Positions 36,622-50,212 are shown, counted from the first letter of the whole stretch. The stretch: 63,742 nucleotides of DNA, filler included, from Phoronis australis (GCA_002633005.1; 10 parts of 10 records of this genome joined end to end with filler, not necessarily neighbours in it); one strand, 5' to 3'. Made by a program: numbers and translations. Notes: a model not told the origin generated them from the letters alone.

Positions 36622-39237
36622 TCTAATAATTTAGTACCCCTGAATCCACAAAACTAGCATTTGAATCTGTGGACAGTGACTCCCTCCTGCCCCCTACCCC
36701 CCCTTTCCACTGTCATCTCCGCATAGTGTAAACTGTTGACAAAGTTACGTTGACTTGATAGGTCTTGAAGGAGGTTTGTCAAAATGGATGGTAGGTTAAA
36801 AGTTTTGGATGATAAAATGGACTCTGTGTTTGACAAGTGAAGTGTTTTCTTGATTTACTGTATACTTCTAGCTGTGATATCCAATTAATCAATTAAGTCT
36901 TAATTAAAGGTCTTGTATATATGCTTCAATGCTGTTACTGACGTCAAAAAATAATTCCAAATGGAAAGAAATAAGAATTAATGTTGTCGTTCAACATGAA
37001 ATCCAAACATACAAACTTCAATTCAGAATTTTGAATTTAATTTTTGAATTTCTGGTGTTGCACTACCAAAATGGTGGCTGAAATGAATGACACTGAATTT
37101 TACTTTCACAAGCAGGAAATTGACTGTAACAAATCTCACGTCTGCAATCTAGTAAAATCAAAAGAAGTCATTCAAGTGCAGTGAGCAATTGAATTCTATT
37201 CCTAGCTTAGATATTTTAAGTACTCATCTAATGTCTTTCTACATACTAAGAGGGAATATGATGTTTCTTTGCGTAAACGCTGAACAATTTCATCATGCCA
37301 CATTTACTCGAAACTAACACGAAGCAGCGAGCAGCTGGTCGGGTGCAACGACTGACACGGAGCAAGCTGACTAGCGGCGGCCATTTTTGACACCGGTAGA
37401 GCTAGTTGCGCTTGGTCAATTGCTCTAAACCCAAACTGTTAGGCTTGCCCAATAGCTTATATAAAGAGAGATTCCCTTGTGTTCCTCCTGGTTTGTGTGT
37501 CTGCTGTTGTTTATGCAAAAATAGGCAGACAGTCTTTAAGTAATGACTCTTGCTGATCCAGTGTTGTGATCTAATGTTGTGTAAATGCCACTAAGTGGAG
37601 ATGCACTTGATAACTTGGAGAAAGTGAAAATAATAACTGTTAGTGAATTAAAGTTTATACCAACATGTTTATAGATAGAAACTAATAAACATCAGCCATA
37701 ATCACAGTGTGACCAAAAGGAAGAGACTTTGGAATGGGTAAACAAATCGCAAATTTTAAGTGGCCCTGAAAGTCACCATCTCATAAATCACACTTGATAA
37801 TTATAATTTAGGACACAATATGGCTAAGTGACATTTGTTTAATTTAAGATGTCATTAGCGCCTTATCCACCTTATCCATTGCTTTACCAAGATGATGTTC
37901 CAGACAGGAGCTTCTATCCGACAATGTTTTGAAAAATTGTGAGCACTATGAACAATGTCAGAAGCCCTTGGAAAATGAAAAATGGGGACTTTCGGCAATT
38001 GTTTCTCTCCGAAATCGGTGAGATTGTACTGTATTAGCACACTGCTGGACTCTAAACATAAGGCCTTTTTATGCAACTTTTTTGCGGACAGTTTTTGCGC
38101 AATGTTTTGCGGAATCGGGATGGCGAAAAAAATCGTATTAACGCCAAAATACCACAATCCCTGTTTAACCAAATTTTGCTGAATTTATTTTGGAAAATGT
38201 TCCAGGTGCTGTGTCAGTTGCTTACGCAAGCTTGATGATAAATTAATCATCGCATTCTCGACACTAACCGAAAATTTTTCTCATTGCACATGGTACAAGA
38301 ATTCCTGCTTTATTTACAAAAAAAATCTCAAAATCTCTGTTGTCTCGCTATAAAATTTGGTTAATCTAAAAATGAGGTCCGACACTTAGGTTGAGTTACT
38401 CATTGACTTGTGGCGGGAGGATGTAGCGCATGGCCAGCTGTCTGGGACGAAGAAGGATGGACTGACCAGCTTTCATTAGAAACAAAAAGAAGCTTGATTT
38501 TCTCCACTGAATTACGGGTTCTCAAAATTTGGGCACAGTATTGGCCCAAATACATCCTACACACTTGGCATCCGCTCATTGCCTTCAGACATATGTCTTA
38601 TCCACAAATATTCTTACACGTCATACTAGAACGATTTGCACTAGAGCAACTTGACCCGCTTTAAGCTAAGCGTGCACATACGCACATATATCCAATAAAG
38701 TGTAAGGCAAACGTTGTCGCCATGCGCATGACAGTGAGCACCTGATACAAATACCCGTATGTATAACTGCAAGCATGCAGGTGATAATTAATTCAGCCTT
38801 GTGCCAGGTTTGTAGCAACACTGCGATTAGAAGTGGCGCAAGTTACCTTAAGTTGCCGTACCTCGATAAGGTGGAGTAAGTTGCTACATTAGTGGGTCAC
38901 GTTACACTAGTTTAGAGGGATAGCAAACCATGTTTTGAAGATTTCAACCAATCGCCGTCGTGTCACCAGCTTATGCGTCATTGAAAGTGAAAAGCTGTAA
39001 TCAACTAAAAATTCATGCTCCCTTTGCCACACATAGGATATTATAGTTATTGCTAGGTGGTCTTTTCGCACAGTGGTGTGTAATTCGCTAAAAAGGTAGG
39101 TCACATGTCAGCCCGTTTAGCAGACTTTAAAAGGGTTTTTCAAATTTTCCTAAAAACTTTTGTGGGTTATCGAGGGTTACAGAGCATTAATTTTTTTCAG
39201 AGAAATTGATGGGGAAGTGGTTTTCAATATCTGTTAA

Positions 39238-39948
39238 TTATGGGAAGCCAATGCAGAAGAAATTCCAGGACACAAATTTTCTATTCAAGAATTAAATTCT
39301 CTGCAAGACCAAAAAATGTACTCAAAACCAATGTTTATCGCGTGGGGACCTATAATTTATTGGTCAGGAGCAAAATTTTAATCATCAGGGTCTAAAATTT
39401 ATCACAGCAGGACACAAAATTTATTATGTCAGGAAAATTTGACTAGTCTGGAAAATTTGACTGTCAAGTTTGTCAGGAAGCAAATGACCCCTCAAAGAGA
39501 TTACGTAATAGGTACACAATGTTTTTCCCAGGACAGTCATGTTATGTGACAATGAGGTTGAATTTCTGTTGGCTCTTCCATGTTTTACAACAGACCCCAT
39601 ATGTGCACTGGGATACACTAGACTTGAATATATGGCTGAGTATTACAGAGGCACAATGGATGTCATTGTCATGTTGTCTCCTGGCATAGATTTTTCTGCT
39701 GGCATGAAATTTTCTCCTGGCAAGAAATTTTCTTCTGGCAAGAAATACTTTGCCATGGCGTGATGTATTTTGTGTTCTGTCGTAATAAATTTTTGGTCCT
39801 GACATAAAATTTTGGCTCCAACGTGATAAATTATAGGTTCTGATGTGATAAATCTTGGTTTTTGAGTATATTGTTTGGTCTTACAGAGAATTTAATTCTG
39901 AAATAGAAAATTTGTCGTGATTTTTTTTCCGCTTTAGCTTTGCATAGT
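39238..39948. mobile_element. Foldback-like element with ~200-bp imperfect inverted arms, ~21-bp subrepeats and an internal 18-bp tandem (ctggca.gaaattttct)x4
   Basis: acaaattttctatt..agaattaaattctctg.aagaccaaa is mirrored at 39860-39915; tandem at 39681-39750. Confidence 0.8.
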
Positions 39949-42039
39949 CAATAGGCCAAAACCAGATTTGGTATACTTCTAAAATCTCCAGACCCCAACC
40001 CCCCACCAACCTAAACCACACCTCCAGTTCCAGAAGCGTGTTCAATAGAGTGAGCGCCCGCGAGCGATTTGAGCGCCCTCGTCCTGAACAGCTGTGTTCA
40101 CGTTAGCGCTCGCGAACAACCTCGAGAGCATGTTCGCTTAGATTTCTAAGATGGCGTCCTGCGAAGGCTTCACGTCTGCAACATATGAACCCATTATGGT
40201 TCTGCAACACGAAAACTAACCTCAAAAGTTGACNNNNNNNNNNNNNNNNNNNNNNNNNNNNNNNNNNNNNNNNNNNNTTAATTAATTAANNNNNNNNNNN
40301 NNNNNNNNNNNNNNNNNNNNNNNNNNNNNNNNNCACCACTGAAGCTGGGACAGTGGATAATGTTGATACAGTGAATTGAGTAGTAGGTTTCGCAGGTATT
40401 TTTAAGTTGTTTCCAGAAAAGTTGATCTAGCTTGAATTATGAGTGCCATTCTCATGGCTCGTCTGACCACACCTACCAGGTCGAACCTGCCAGATGGCCG
40501 TTTCCCGTTTCCTAGCATTGGGATACCTATGGATGACCGTAGTATCAAAGAAATTTGGTTACCTTTTCATGCCTAAATTACCTTTGGCATCCAGGTCTAA
40601 CACCGTATTGCGTATCATACGACATAGGTCATGCGTCATTGATTCATTTTTTATCTGAGACAGTTAACTTAGATTTAAGTGACAGAAAGATTTTATTCGG
40701 GGACCGGAATTTAATAAATATGGACCGGCATTTCAAAAACCCAGCGCAACCCCCAACTACGGATAATGCATGCGCGCACCCAGCCTTTAGTATGGGGGGC
40801 TCGAATTTCCGACGATGTGGACCTTTTACCGACAAAAAAGCCAAAGTACCTAAAAAAACGGGGTACCACGTCCAGAGCTGTGAATTGTGCGTTTGCGCCT
40901 TTTTAGTGGACTTTTTGTCGCCTTTTCTCTGACTTTTTGTTTCTCTGAGGCGACCTTTTTGTCCACCTCGTTCGATCCCCCGAGCCCGTATGTAATGCAA
41001 CTTGAAGAAGCGTCTTGTTTAATCCATTTTGTGTCAACTTTATCCGGAACTCATTCCACATGGTCCGAAACACACGCCATCAGTGATATTAATCCGTTAA
41101 ATCTTAGATGCTTACTGCGGTGGCTGTTAGTCCGATTCAGCAGCAACACTGATAAGCTACTGCTGTTATTTGTCTCAATTATCTTAAGGTATTTTAGGCT
41201 GGTTCTTTATTCCGGATTAAGCTACATGTATGAGAAACCTGCTTAATCTGCAGACNTGTCTGAAGATTTGCCTTCAGTCCCTGTTCAGTTACAGAATAAC
41301 ATAAAAACCAAGAGGTACCGCAGAGAACATCAATTTTATTTCAGATTGTCAACGCCAGACGACAACATTCGTGGTAATGACAAATTCGAGATATTGGGCG
41401 AACAACCAGATTCATAAATTCTAAGAAATTATCAATTCATATATTAAACCACCACCTAAGTTGAGAAATAGATGACGTCATAACTTGGAATGAATCTTCC
41501 ACTTGGTACGTCGTTGCATGGGTACTTTTTATCAATTCTTCGTCATTGAAAAGCGGTCTATTCTACGAAAAGAAAATTCACTCTTGTACATGTAAAGCGC
41601 CTTTCAAGTCATGGGATAACTTTCTTATCGGGAATCATAAGTTAACATTTTATTTCGCAATAACTGATGAGAACACAGTGTCAAAATATGTGCTCTAAGA
41701 TAATGTCCATATCTTCGTAATCATATTAGTGTGTGTTTCAAAAATCTTAATAGGTAACGGAGATAGCTTCTTTAGAGTCAACGAAACAAATCCAGCCAGA
41801 CCACGCTGAAGCTCGACAGTAACAAGTACACATTTCCTATCATTACGATTGATGTTTAGTTCAATAATTTCATGCTCAGTGAAATATACGTGTATGCTAA
41901 TGGTTTTGTCCCAACTAATTACGAGTAGAATGGCAAAATCACGTCTTGTTGAGCTTCTTGTGATTATCGTGCTGAACGTCAATGTCTCACTACCTAAACT
42001 TACAACTTATGAACGGTATACAAGTCTGATAGTGAATAT

Positions 42040-42167
42040 TTACACTGTACTTTCATACTCACTGTCATCACCATAACCATCATCGTCAAGTTTTCTATTA
42101 CCGTCGAAGTTCTCATCTCTTTTGCTCAGAGCTACTCTCATTTCTTGAGTATCAAGCACGCCGTTAC
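42040..42167 (-). CDS. Terminal exon of an EF-hand protein: (G)NGVLDTQEMRVALSKRDENFDGNRKLDDDGYGDDSEYESTV*
   Basis: catgcag acceptor (phase 1); G-N-G-V-L-D-T-Q-E fits EF-hand loop positions 4-12 with Glu12 followed by a helix; acidic tail. Upstream exons not found. Confidence 0.6.
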
Positions 42168-42938
42168 CTGCATGTAGATATTACAAAATAATACATCAAA
42201 ACTATAAACATAGAGAGACCCTACAACGAAATCGTAAAAGCCTATACTTGAAACATTTTACAATAACAATTTGCTGTTGAATATTGGAAATCCCCACTAA
42301 CGTCAAGTTGCATATAAACATCGCATTTCTCTCTTGTTTGCACACCTGGAAATTGTCAAGTTTGGAATTTATCTTCACTCTGTGACCAGAGCAGTCAAGA
42401 ATATTACAAATCTCTGGATATTTTTGGTATCTCAAAATTTTTATCCGGTAGACACACCAAGGCAAAAAGCCATGACTTTGTTGGATTGGTTTATCCATAA
42501 GGACCTTCATCGAATGCACTTTCTACAAGCTATGCACTTTTGTTAGTAGTCCTGTCACAGATCAGTGGATCAGTACGAACTTAATGTCGCAATTTCTACT
42601 TTTCAACTGCTCTTNGTAATCATATTAGTGTGTGTTTCAAAAATCTTAATAGGTAACGGAGATAGCTTCTTTAGAGTCAACGAAACAAATCTATCCAGAC
42701 CACGCTGAAGCTCGACAGTAACAAGTACACATTTCCTATCATTACGATTGATGTTTAGTTCAATAATTTCATGCTCAGTGAAATATACGTGTATGCTAAT
42801 GGTTTTGTCCCAACTAATTACGAGTAGAATGGCAAAAACACGTCTTGTTGAGCTTCGTGTGATTATCGTGCTGAACGTCAATGTCTCACTACCTAAACTT
42901 ACAACTTATGAACGGTATACAAGTCTGATGGTGAATAT

Positions 42939-43069
42939 TTACACTGTACTTTCATACTCACTGTCATCATCACCAACACCATCATCGTCAAGTTTTCTAT
43001 TACCGTCGAAGTTCTCATCTCTTTTGCTCAGAGCTACTCTCATTTCTTGAGTATCAAGCACGCCGTTAC
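42939..43069 (-). CDS. Second, probably allelic, copy of the EF-hand terminal exon (...DDDGVGDDDSEYESTV*)
   Basis: Lies within a ~900-bp duplication around the single N at 42615; differs by Y>V and one in-frame extra Asp codon. Confidence 0.55.
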
Positions 43070-44081
43070 CTGCATGTAGATATTACAAAATAATACATAA
43101 AAACTATAAACATAGAGAGACCCTACAACGAAATCGTAAAAGCCTATACTTGAAACATTTTACAATGACAATTTGCTGTTGAATATTGGAAATCCCCACT
43201 AACGTCAAGTTGCATATAAACATCGCATTTCTCTCTTGTTCGCACACCTGGAAATTGTCAAGTTTGGAATTTATCTTCACTCTGTGACCAGAGCAGTCAA
43301 GAATATTACAAATCTCTTAATATTTCTTGGTATCTTAAAATTTTTATCCGGTAGACACACCAAGGCAAAAAGCCATGACTTTGTTGGATTGGTTTATCCA
43401 TAAGGACCTTCATCGAATGCACTTTCTACAAGCTATGCATTTTTGTTAGTAGTCCTGTCACAGATCAGTGGATCAGTACGAACTTAATGTCGCAATTTCT
43501 ACTTTTCAACTGCTCTTTATTTGTGAATCTAGTGATTGTAAGCAATTGAGATGATACTGGTGAGTGGCTCTATATCATATACGTATAAAGCCCATTTTAC
43601 TTACGCGGATTTGCAATGATTTGTTAATGAATCATGTGTCCCCATTCGTCCTCGACTGACTCATTTGATAATTCATCGTGTCGGGCGAAACGATGTGATA
43701 AATATGCCTTACAGTTTTAGTGCAGCATAGATGGATATGTTATTATCGTATTACAGTGTATCTTTTCAAAGTTTATTCAACTACAAGTGTACTTTAAATA
43801 GTTTGCAGTGCACTAGAACTGTGACCCTGGGCACAGACGACACGGCTTTACCCACAAGCGGCACCTGCCGTCATAGCCCGTTTAACTACCAGTATCTATG
43901 ACTGCAGACTGTGGTTTGTGCTACTAGAGCTTGAATTTTGCAAGTGCACTTCGTGAACTATTGCTAAAATTACTCACGACGCCAAGAATTATACTAGATG
44001 TTGAACGGCTTTTTATGGTGAAACGTACATGTATACCGGCATTTCCGAGTACACTAACAAGAATCTAGGATAAGCGAGGGG

Positions 44082-44710
44082 ACCTACATGTAAATCACCA
44101 GTTTGATTCCAACGAATGTCTAGTAGAAAAAGGTGAGGATCGAAAATTAGTAATAAATCAAAAAAAAAACGTTTTCCAACCCGAATATAAATAAGAGCAA
44201 TACTGTACCCTTTTGACAATCTCACCGTTTATCGACCGAGAACTTTTGTTTCTAAACATCTAACAGTAAACCCGTCTTCTTATATGGAAAAAACGTAAAT
44301 ACGAGGGTCCTGAAAAAATTGCACGTTCTTTGTATAAGTACGTTTTCCTATAAATGAAAACCAAAATAATTCTGGTGTAATGACAATAAATAATAACTTT
44401 GTATCGTATGTCTGTCTAAATTCAGCTCACGATGTGTTCAAAAAGCGGAAATAGAAATCATGCATTACGGAGTAATAAAAGGGCGGCCATCAATGGTAAT
44501 TGTTTTTAACTGAAACATGGTTCTCTTTACAACTCTCTTCTATTACATGTATACTTTCCAGTTGATGCATTAATTATCTACAAACAATAGCTACTACCCG
44601 AATACCACAGCGCTGTTTCCCAGTGTGTGGCCTTTACCCGGCGCAATTTGGTGCAACTGTGAACCGGATAGAACTCTGTGACTCTAGAGCCCGCTACGCG
44701 AGGATCTCGC
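44082..44710. repeat. ~630-bp near-identical direct repeat; second copy at 46902-47522 runs to the contig end
   Basis: acctacatgtaaatcaccag...gcgaggatctcg occurs twice with few differences. Confidence 0.9.
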
Positions 44711-45499
44711 TGAATAGAAAGACTTACCAAGATTACGTGAGATGTTGCCGTTTATTTTACATGAGAACACGTGATGGATTTATCGTTTTTACAACTTGTG
44801 TTCGTGACAACGGAGTCACAGAGGCGTGAGGCAACTACACTGTAGGAGCATTCGTTCTCAACGGTCGTATGCAAAAATACGCCCAACTCCCCCGGGATAA
44901 AAACTACGTTTTGGCACTGCTCTATCATCTATTAATACACTGTACACCTCGTTGACTCAATGTTATGGCGACTCGGGCAATGAAAAGTACGAAGCTGCTC
45001 TTTACCTGACGGGAGATTCGATGTGCGAGACCTTTAACTAGGATAAGAAGTGAACAAATATTCACGCAATTGTGCACTTCCTAGGTGGTTTTGCAATTTT
45101 TTCGATACATGCTATAGAGTTCGTGCTTGAAGTACTAAGAGAACGAAGATAAGGTTATACATGTGAGACAATTGTAGAAATGGCCAATTTTTGTGAGGAA
45201 GGTTTGAGATATCCATAAAATGAGTGAAGCAATGTATGTAAGGAACATGCCCCCATCATGTACAACAGAGTCCAATCAATGCTGGCGCAACAAGGGCTTT
45301 AGCTAAACACTGTTTTATCTCCCATTAGTGTGTAGTGTCACACACTCACAAAATAATCCATTCAGTCCTTCTTCCACCTCAGCGAATAGATAAGAAGAGC
45401 AATGCTCATTGTTATTAGTTGACAGTGTTGTTCACCACGGTGAAAATTTCTAATGAGTCAGCTGCTCAAATGTGGTTTGTTTGAGACTGTCTCCAGGCT

Positions 45500-45905
45500 A
45501 CTCGATCCCTCGAAATTGAGACCGAATATCAGCACCATTCAAAATATTAAAATATCACACAAAATTCCCTCTCATCAGGAAAAAAATCCGACTTGAAAGA
45601 TGAAGAATCCCCTTCGTGGCTTGAGCCTCACACAACCTCAAAAAAATTGCATTCAAATCCACTGACTTTAGTCGCGAAGCCGCCAGACAGAGGCAACGTC
45701 ATCAACTGGTTTACTTAAAGCAGGTACGCTAGAGTTGCGTTACTTCACTCTCGCGTATAGAAAACACAAAGCTTGAAGAATACTTCCGTGTTTCTGGGGC
45801 TCAGAATGGCACACAAACTATTTCTATTTCATGAGGGGAATTTTGCGTTAGTTTTCAAATGTTTTGAGACTGCCATGGTGCCCATATGCGGCCCCTATTT
45901 CGTGA
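45500..45905. mobile_element. Imperfect inverted-repeat element; related arm at ~22260-22375
   Basis: aaaatatt.aaatatcac.caaaattccc.ctcat is mirrored by atgaggggaattttgcg..agttttcaaatgtttt. Confidence 0.6.
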
Positions 45906-46167
45906 ACAGGCAATAAAATGAATACTGTCAACCAGTATTTGCATCAGTTATAAGATATTTCTGATATAAGGACCAGCAAACTAAATTTATTAAATTGTCT
46001 GACCACAAAATCCTGGGTGCAGATATTAAGCTGATTTACATGAAGCACCCGTAAGTTAATCACGCATAGAAACAGAACTATGCATGCTGGTGGCCATTAT
46101 TTGCACCCTAATTTCATTAAATTGATAGACTATAGACACGTGAAGGAGAAAATTTGAATATACTTAT

Positions 46168-46870
46168 TTGCATGCCTGATAATCGTCTCACAAAGCAAGT
46201 ATTATACTGGGACCTCACGTACAGAAGGAAAAGTGGTCAAAAATTCTTTTTCAAATTTTTACTGAGGTTTCTCACATTTAAGCATTTTATCAAAGGTGAG
46301 CTCGTGATTAGGAAAATGCCAAAGTGAAACTGACAAATCTTTTCGAGTCTGAATGGAGGGCGGAAATTTTGAGCAAACCCAAGCTAAGAACTTATGAATT
46401 ATTTCAAAGTACATGTAATTATCAAACGGAAGTTTATTTAAAAATTTGCATTTCTAGAGAAAAGTATTACTGTACCCCTTTTCTCAATTTAGATGTGGAG
46501 TATTGCCGCTGAAAGTGGAAACTGGCCGTTTCGGTATTTTTACTCTGGCTGAGCAGCGTTTGTGTGATTTTTGTACTGCCTCATGTGTTGAGGATGAAAT
46601 ACATTTCCTGTGATCGTGCGATCTCTGCAGTCATCTCAGAACAGATTTATTTTCAGAGGTTATGTTGGCCTGCCTCTCGTTCAGTGTATTGAAATTCAGA
46701 AGCTTGTTTTCTTGGGCTGAGTTGCATAAAGCTTCAAGAGTTATTCTGTGGATAAGTTGCATGCAGTCAGGTGTATTGTTCATCAATAACAACGTGATAA
46801 TGCGATTTCATTGTTGCTATACGGTGCATAACTTTTATGCAATTGGGCCCTGTCAGTAAATTAGTTATTA
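46168..46870 (+). mobile_element. Decayed LINE ORF2 C-terminus (L2/Crack/Daphne group) with CCHC finger
   Basis: MPDNRLTKQVLYWD...SEWRAEILSKPKLRTY...SQFRCGVLPLKVETGRF...RLCDFC...VEDEIHFL*SC, with frameshifts and a stop. Confidence 0.9.
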
Positions 46871-48225
46871 ATTTTATTTATAATGCCGTTCTCAGGAGAA
46901 AACCTACATGTAAATCACCAGTTTGATTCCAACGAATGTCTAGTAGAAAAAGGTGAGGATCGAAAATTAGTAATAAATAAAAAAAAAAACGTTTTCCAAC
47001 CCGAATATAAATAAGAGCAATACTGTACCCTTTTGACAATCTCACCGTTTATCGACCGAGAACTTTTGTTTCTAAACAGTAAACCCGTCTTCTTATATGG
47101 AAAAAACGTAAATACGAGGGTCCTGAAAAAATTGCACGTTCTTTATATAAGTACGTTTTCATATAAATGAAAAACAAAATAATTCTGGTGTAATGACAAT
47201 AAATAATAACTTTGTATCGTATGTCTGTCTAAATTCAGCTCACGATGTGTTCAAAAAGCGGAAATAGAAATCATGCATTACGGAGTAATAAAAAGGCGGC
47301 CATCAATGGTAATTGTTTTTAACTGAAACATGGTTCTCTTTACAACTCTCTTCTATTACATGTATACTTTCCAGTTGATGCATTAATTATCAACAAACAA
47401 TAGCTACTACCCGAATACCACAGCGCTGTTTCCCAGTGTGTGGCCCTTACCCGGCGCAATTTGGTGCAACTGTGAACCGGATAGAACTCTGTGACTCTAG
47501 AGCCCGCTACGCGAGGATCTCGNNNNNNNNNNNNNNNNNNNNNNNNNNNNNNNNNNNNNNNNNNNNTTAATTAATTAANNNNNNNNNNNNNNNNNNNNNN
47601 NNNNNNNNNNNNNNNNNNNNNNACGATTGAATCTTTGCAGAAAAGGGTAATTATGAACCGGTCTACTCAACCACACAAAGTAAGTCTTAAATTGTTCCAT
47701 ATCAAGGAAGAAAATGATCTTAATTTCCCAAATTGCGCAAAGGAAATGGCACGTTGCGAGTAGAAATGCCATGAATTTTGACAGAGTTGTTGGTTTTCCC
47801 TAATGGCTTTATGTCTACCGACTTCTTGATGGCAAGGAATTTGACAAATAAGTTTCTGTCAAGCAGACGATACCATTCTTCTTGTTTCAGACGGATTTGC
47901 CTTATGCTGCGCCCCCGAGTCACCTTTTTAGTTTATGATATATTCCATGATACTTATGAATATCCCTAGAAGCATACGGTTTCCGTGGGCGCATGTCAGG
48001 ACTTTTTTATCAAGTAATTTTCAACATGGAAAAGAAATAAAGTACACGCATACCTGTTTTATGATTTCGATGTGCCCCTTTAACGTCTTCATTTAACAGT
48101 TTAGGCAGTTAAAGGTGAACTGTACAAGTTATACTCTTTCACAACACAGAAAAACAACACCACGCAATAGGTCTACCGTCAAGAACTTAACAGTAAGTTA
48201 ATTTCTGTAACATGTTTCATTACAG

Positions 48226-48307
48226 CCATCGTCATCGCCGGAAGTGTCAGTGCATCAGCTGGGGTCCTCATAGTTCTGTCTGTTGTAATCGCATGCGTCA
48301 TCTACAG
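48226..48307 (+). CDS. Transmembrane exon of a single-pass type I membrane protein: IVIAGSVSASAGVLIVLSVVIACVIYR
   Basis: ttcattacag acceptor and AG|gtaatt donor (phase 1 to 2); ~25 uncharged residues, in frame with the next exon. Confidence 0.8.
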
Positions 48308-48959
48308 GTAATTACAACCATGGCTCTGACGTAACTTCTGCCACAAACCTTTTTTGACTGTGGGCACATGCCGTTAAAAATCACCCCCATCTCGTCCCTC
48401 GTTTTAATTACTATGTTTAAATTAAAAACAATTGAGAGGGCCATGACTCTGTCGTTATTCACTCGGTGCCCACTTTTTTAGCCGCGGAAGCAGGCATTTT
48501 GGTAACAAAGAATTAGAACGCGGCAAGCTAGAAGCTCACTGAGCATGGACTGACAAAAATGACTTCACTACATTGTGCCTGCTAGTTTCTTACTGCCTGA
48601 TAGAGCTGCCCCGCCCACGACACAGTAGCATCATCAGAAGCTCAGTTCATTTTGATCTCATATTGGAACTTTTGTGCCCCGTAGTAAAAATTTCCAGGCA
48701 AGCAGAATGCTACGTCATATGTCGTCGATTTTGGCAAGGCACGTGTTTAATCGAGGCAACGATTGGCTAAATGGATTCTCTGCGTTTTTAGGTCGGTAAC
48801 CCCATAGCACAAAAACCTTTTTTCGCCATGGCAATGTGTAGCAAAACCAGCCACCAGTTTCAGTGAAATTCCCACTTCAGGTTAGGATGGCTAGTCACCT
48901 GGGGTGTATCTGAGATCTTGAGTTACTATTCAAAGTTTCAACTTGTGTTTTTTCGTTAG

Positions 48960-49074
48960 GCGAAAGCGGCAACAAATTTCAGAAGAAAATGAAACTGAAC
49001 TTACAGACAACCCTGTCTATGAAGGAGGCAAAACTCAGTTCAGTCAACAATATGAGGAAGACATGTACTACTAA
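48960..49074 (+). CDS. Terminal cytoplasmic-tail exon: RRKRQQISEENETELTDNPVYEGGKTQFSQQYEEDMYY*
   Basis: tttttcgttag acceptor with matching phase 2; basic stop-transfer RRKR; NPxY motif DNPVY; TAA stop. Confidence 0.8.
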
Positions 49075-49962
49075 CGTACGTATCAAGTCCCTAACACAGA
49101 CATATACACAGCTGAACAAGTCCGCTAATCGTGAAAATACAACAGGTCATCTGACACTCTCTTANNNNNNNNNNNNNNNNNNNNNNNNNNNNNNNNNNNN
49201 NNNNNNNNNNNNNNNNNNNNNNNNNNNNNNNNNNNNNNNNNNNNNNNNNNNNNNNNNNNNNNNNNNNNNNNNNNNNNNNNNNNNNNNNNNNNNNNNNNNN
49301 NNNNNNNNNNNNNNNNNNNNNNNNNNNNNNNNNNNNNNNNNNNNNNNNNNNNNNNNNNNNNNNNNNNNNNNNNNNNNNNNNNNNNNNNNNNNNNCATGCC
49401 CCCCTAAAGTTCTCCCAGATTCCATTTGGCAGTTCGGGGTGCGAATGTCAGGCGGGCAAAATCCTGGCTAATACTCTGCCCTTCCCCCCCAACTCAAAAA
49501 TCACAGAAGTCCTATCTTTTGATAGTCCCTCATGCAGAAGTAAACATTTTAAAACAATTCCTAAACACGCTTTTGGAGAACAGTGCATAAAGCATAGTAC
49601 TTAAAAGTTACATGCGACTCCTATCGTCCATTTCTGAGATCCCACGTTCCCAAGTTGGCCAAAACATTTTTAGGTTCCTAGCTAACATTAACCAGCATGC
49701 AAACATTGGACATACTCTACTACTTGCCCCTGAGAACGAAAGGAGATGTAAGGAAACGAGGTATAAATTAAAAAAGTCTTTTTATTAATAAAATATTCCA
49801 CATGGTATAATGGTACTCAATGCACTCAATCATGTCCAACACTGTATCATGTTGTCCTTATTCAAAACTGCCTCATAACTCATACCTTTACACACCTCTC
49901 AGTAAACTGTTGATGCATCCTATCACTATTCTAGCCTATTTTCTTTACTATTTAAGGGCCTG

Positions 49963-50212
49963 GGGCCTGTTCCAAGAAACTGACTAATAAGTTCCTTTTT
50001 GACTTAAGTTTAACATTTGTCTTAACTTCCAAACTTTGAAACTTCCACATTCAGTAAGTAAGTCAAAATTAAGACAAAACTTATGTCAAACACTTAAGTC
50101 AAATTCAAGATCTCTTTCTTCGATTTGTTTTGAGACAAATTTAACTTTTATTTTGAAATCTAATAAAATTTAAGATTTGTCTTAGCCAAGTCAGTTTTGT
50201 TGGAACGGGACC
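49963..50212. mobile_element. PIF/Harbinger-type MITE with CTG TSD
   Basis: Left GGGCCTGTTCCAAGAAACTGACT, right rc GGTCCCGTTCCAACAAAACTGACT; CTG on both flanks; internal ttaagtc/gacttaa repeats. Confidence 0.8.

Noticed and set aside
39539-39805. ORFs with repeated FSPGKK / FLARRK peptides
   Set aside because: They arise from an 18-bp tandem inside a foldback element.
41717-43516. ~900-bp tandem duplication, with ORFs 41695-41982 and 42603-42881 as a repeated gene
   Set aside because: The copies flank a single N (42615) and differ at allelic level. Those ORFs lie past the EF-hand exon stop, in probable 3'UTR, and have no recognisable motifs.
43605-43707. Upstream exon for the EF-hand gene (ag...C|gtaagt on the minus strand)
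   Set aside because: All three frames contain a stop and it does not supply the D-x-D loop start.
48150-48192. Extra stalk exon upstream of the TM exon (cag...A|gtaagt)
   Set aside because: The frame required by the downstream phase contains TAG.
48989-49471. Long ORFs spanning 49165-49394
   Set aside because: They read through a 230-N sequencing gap.
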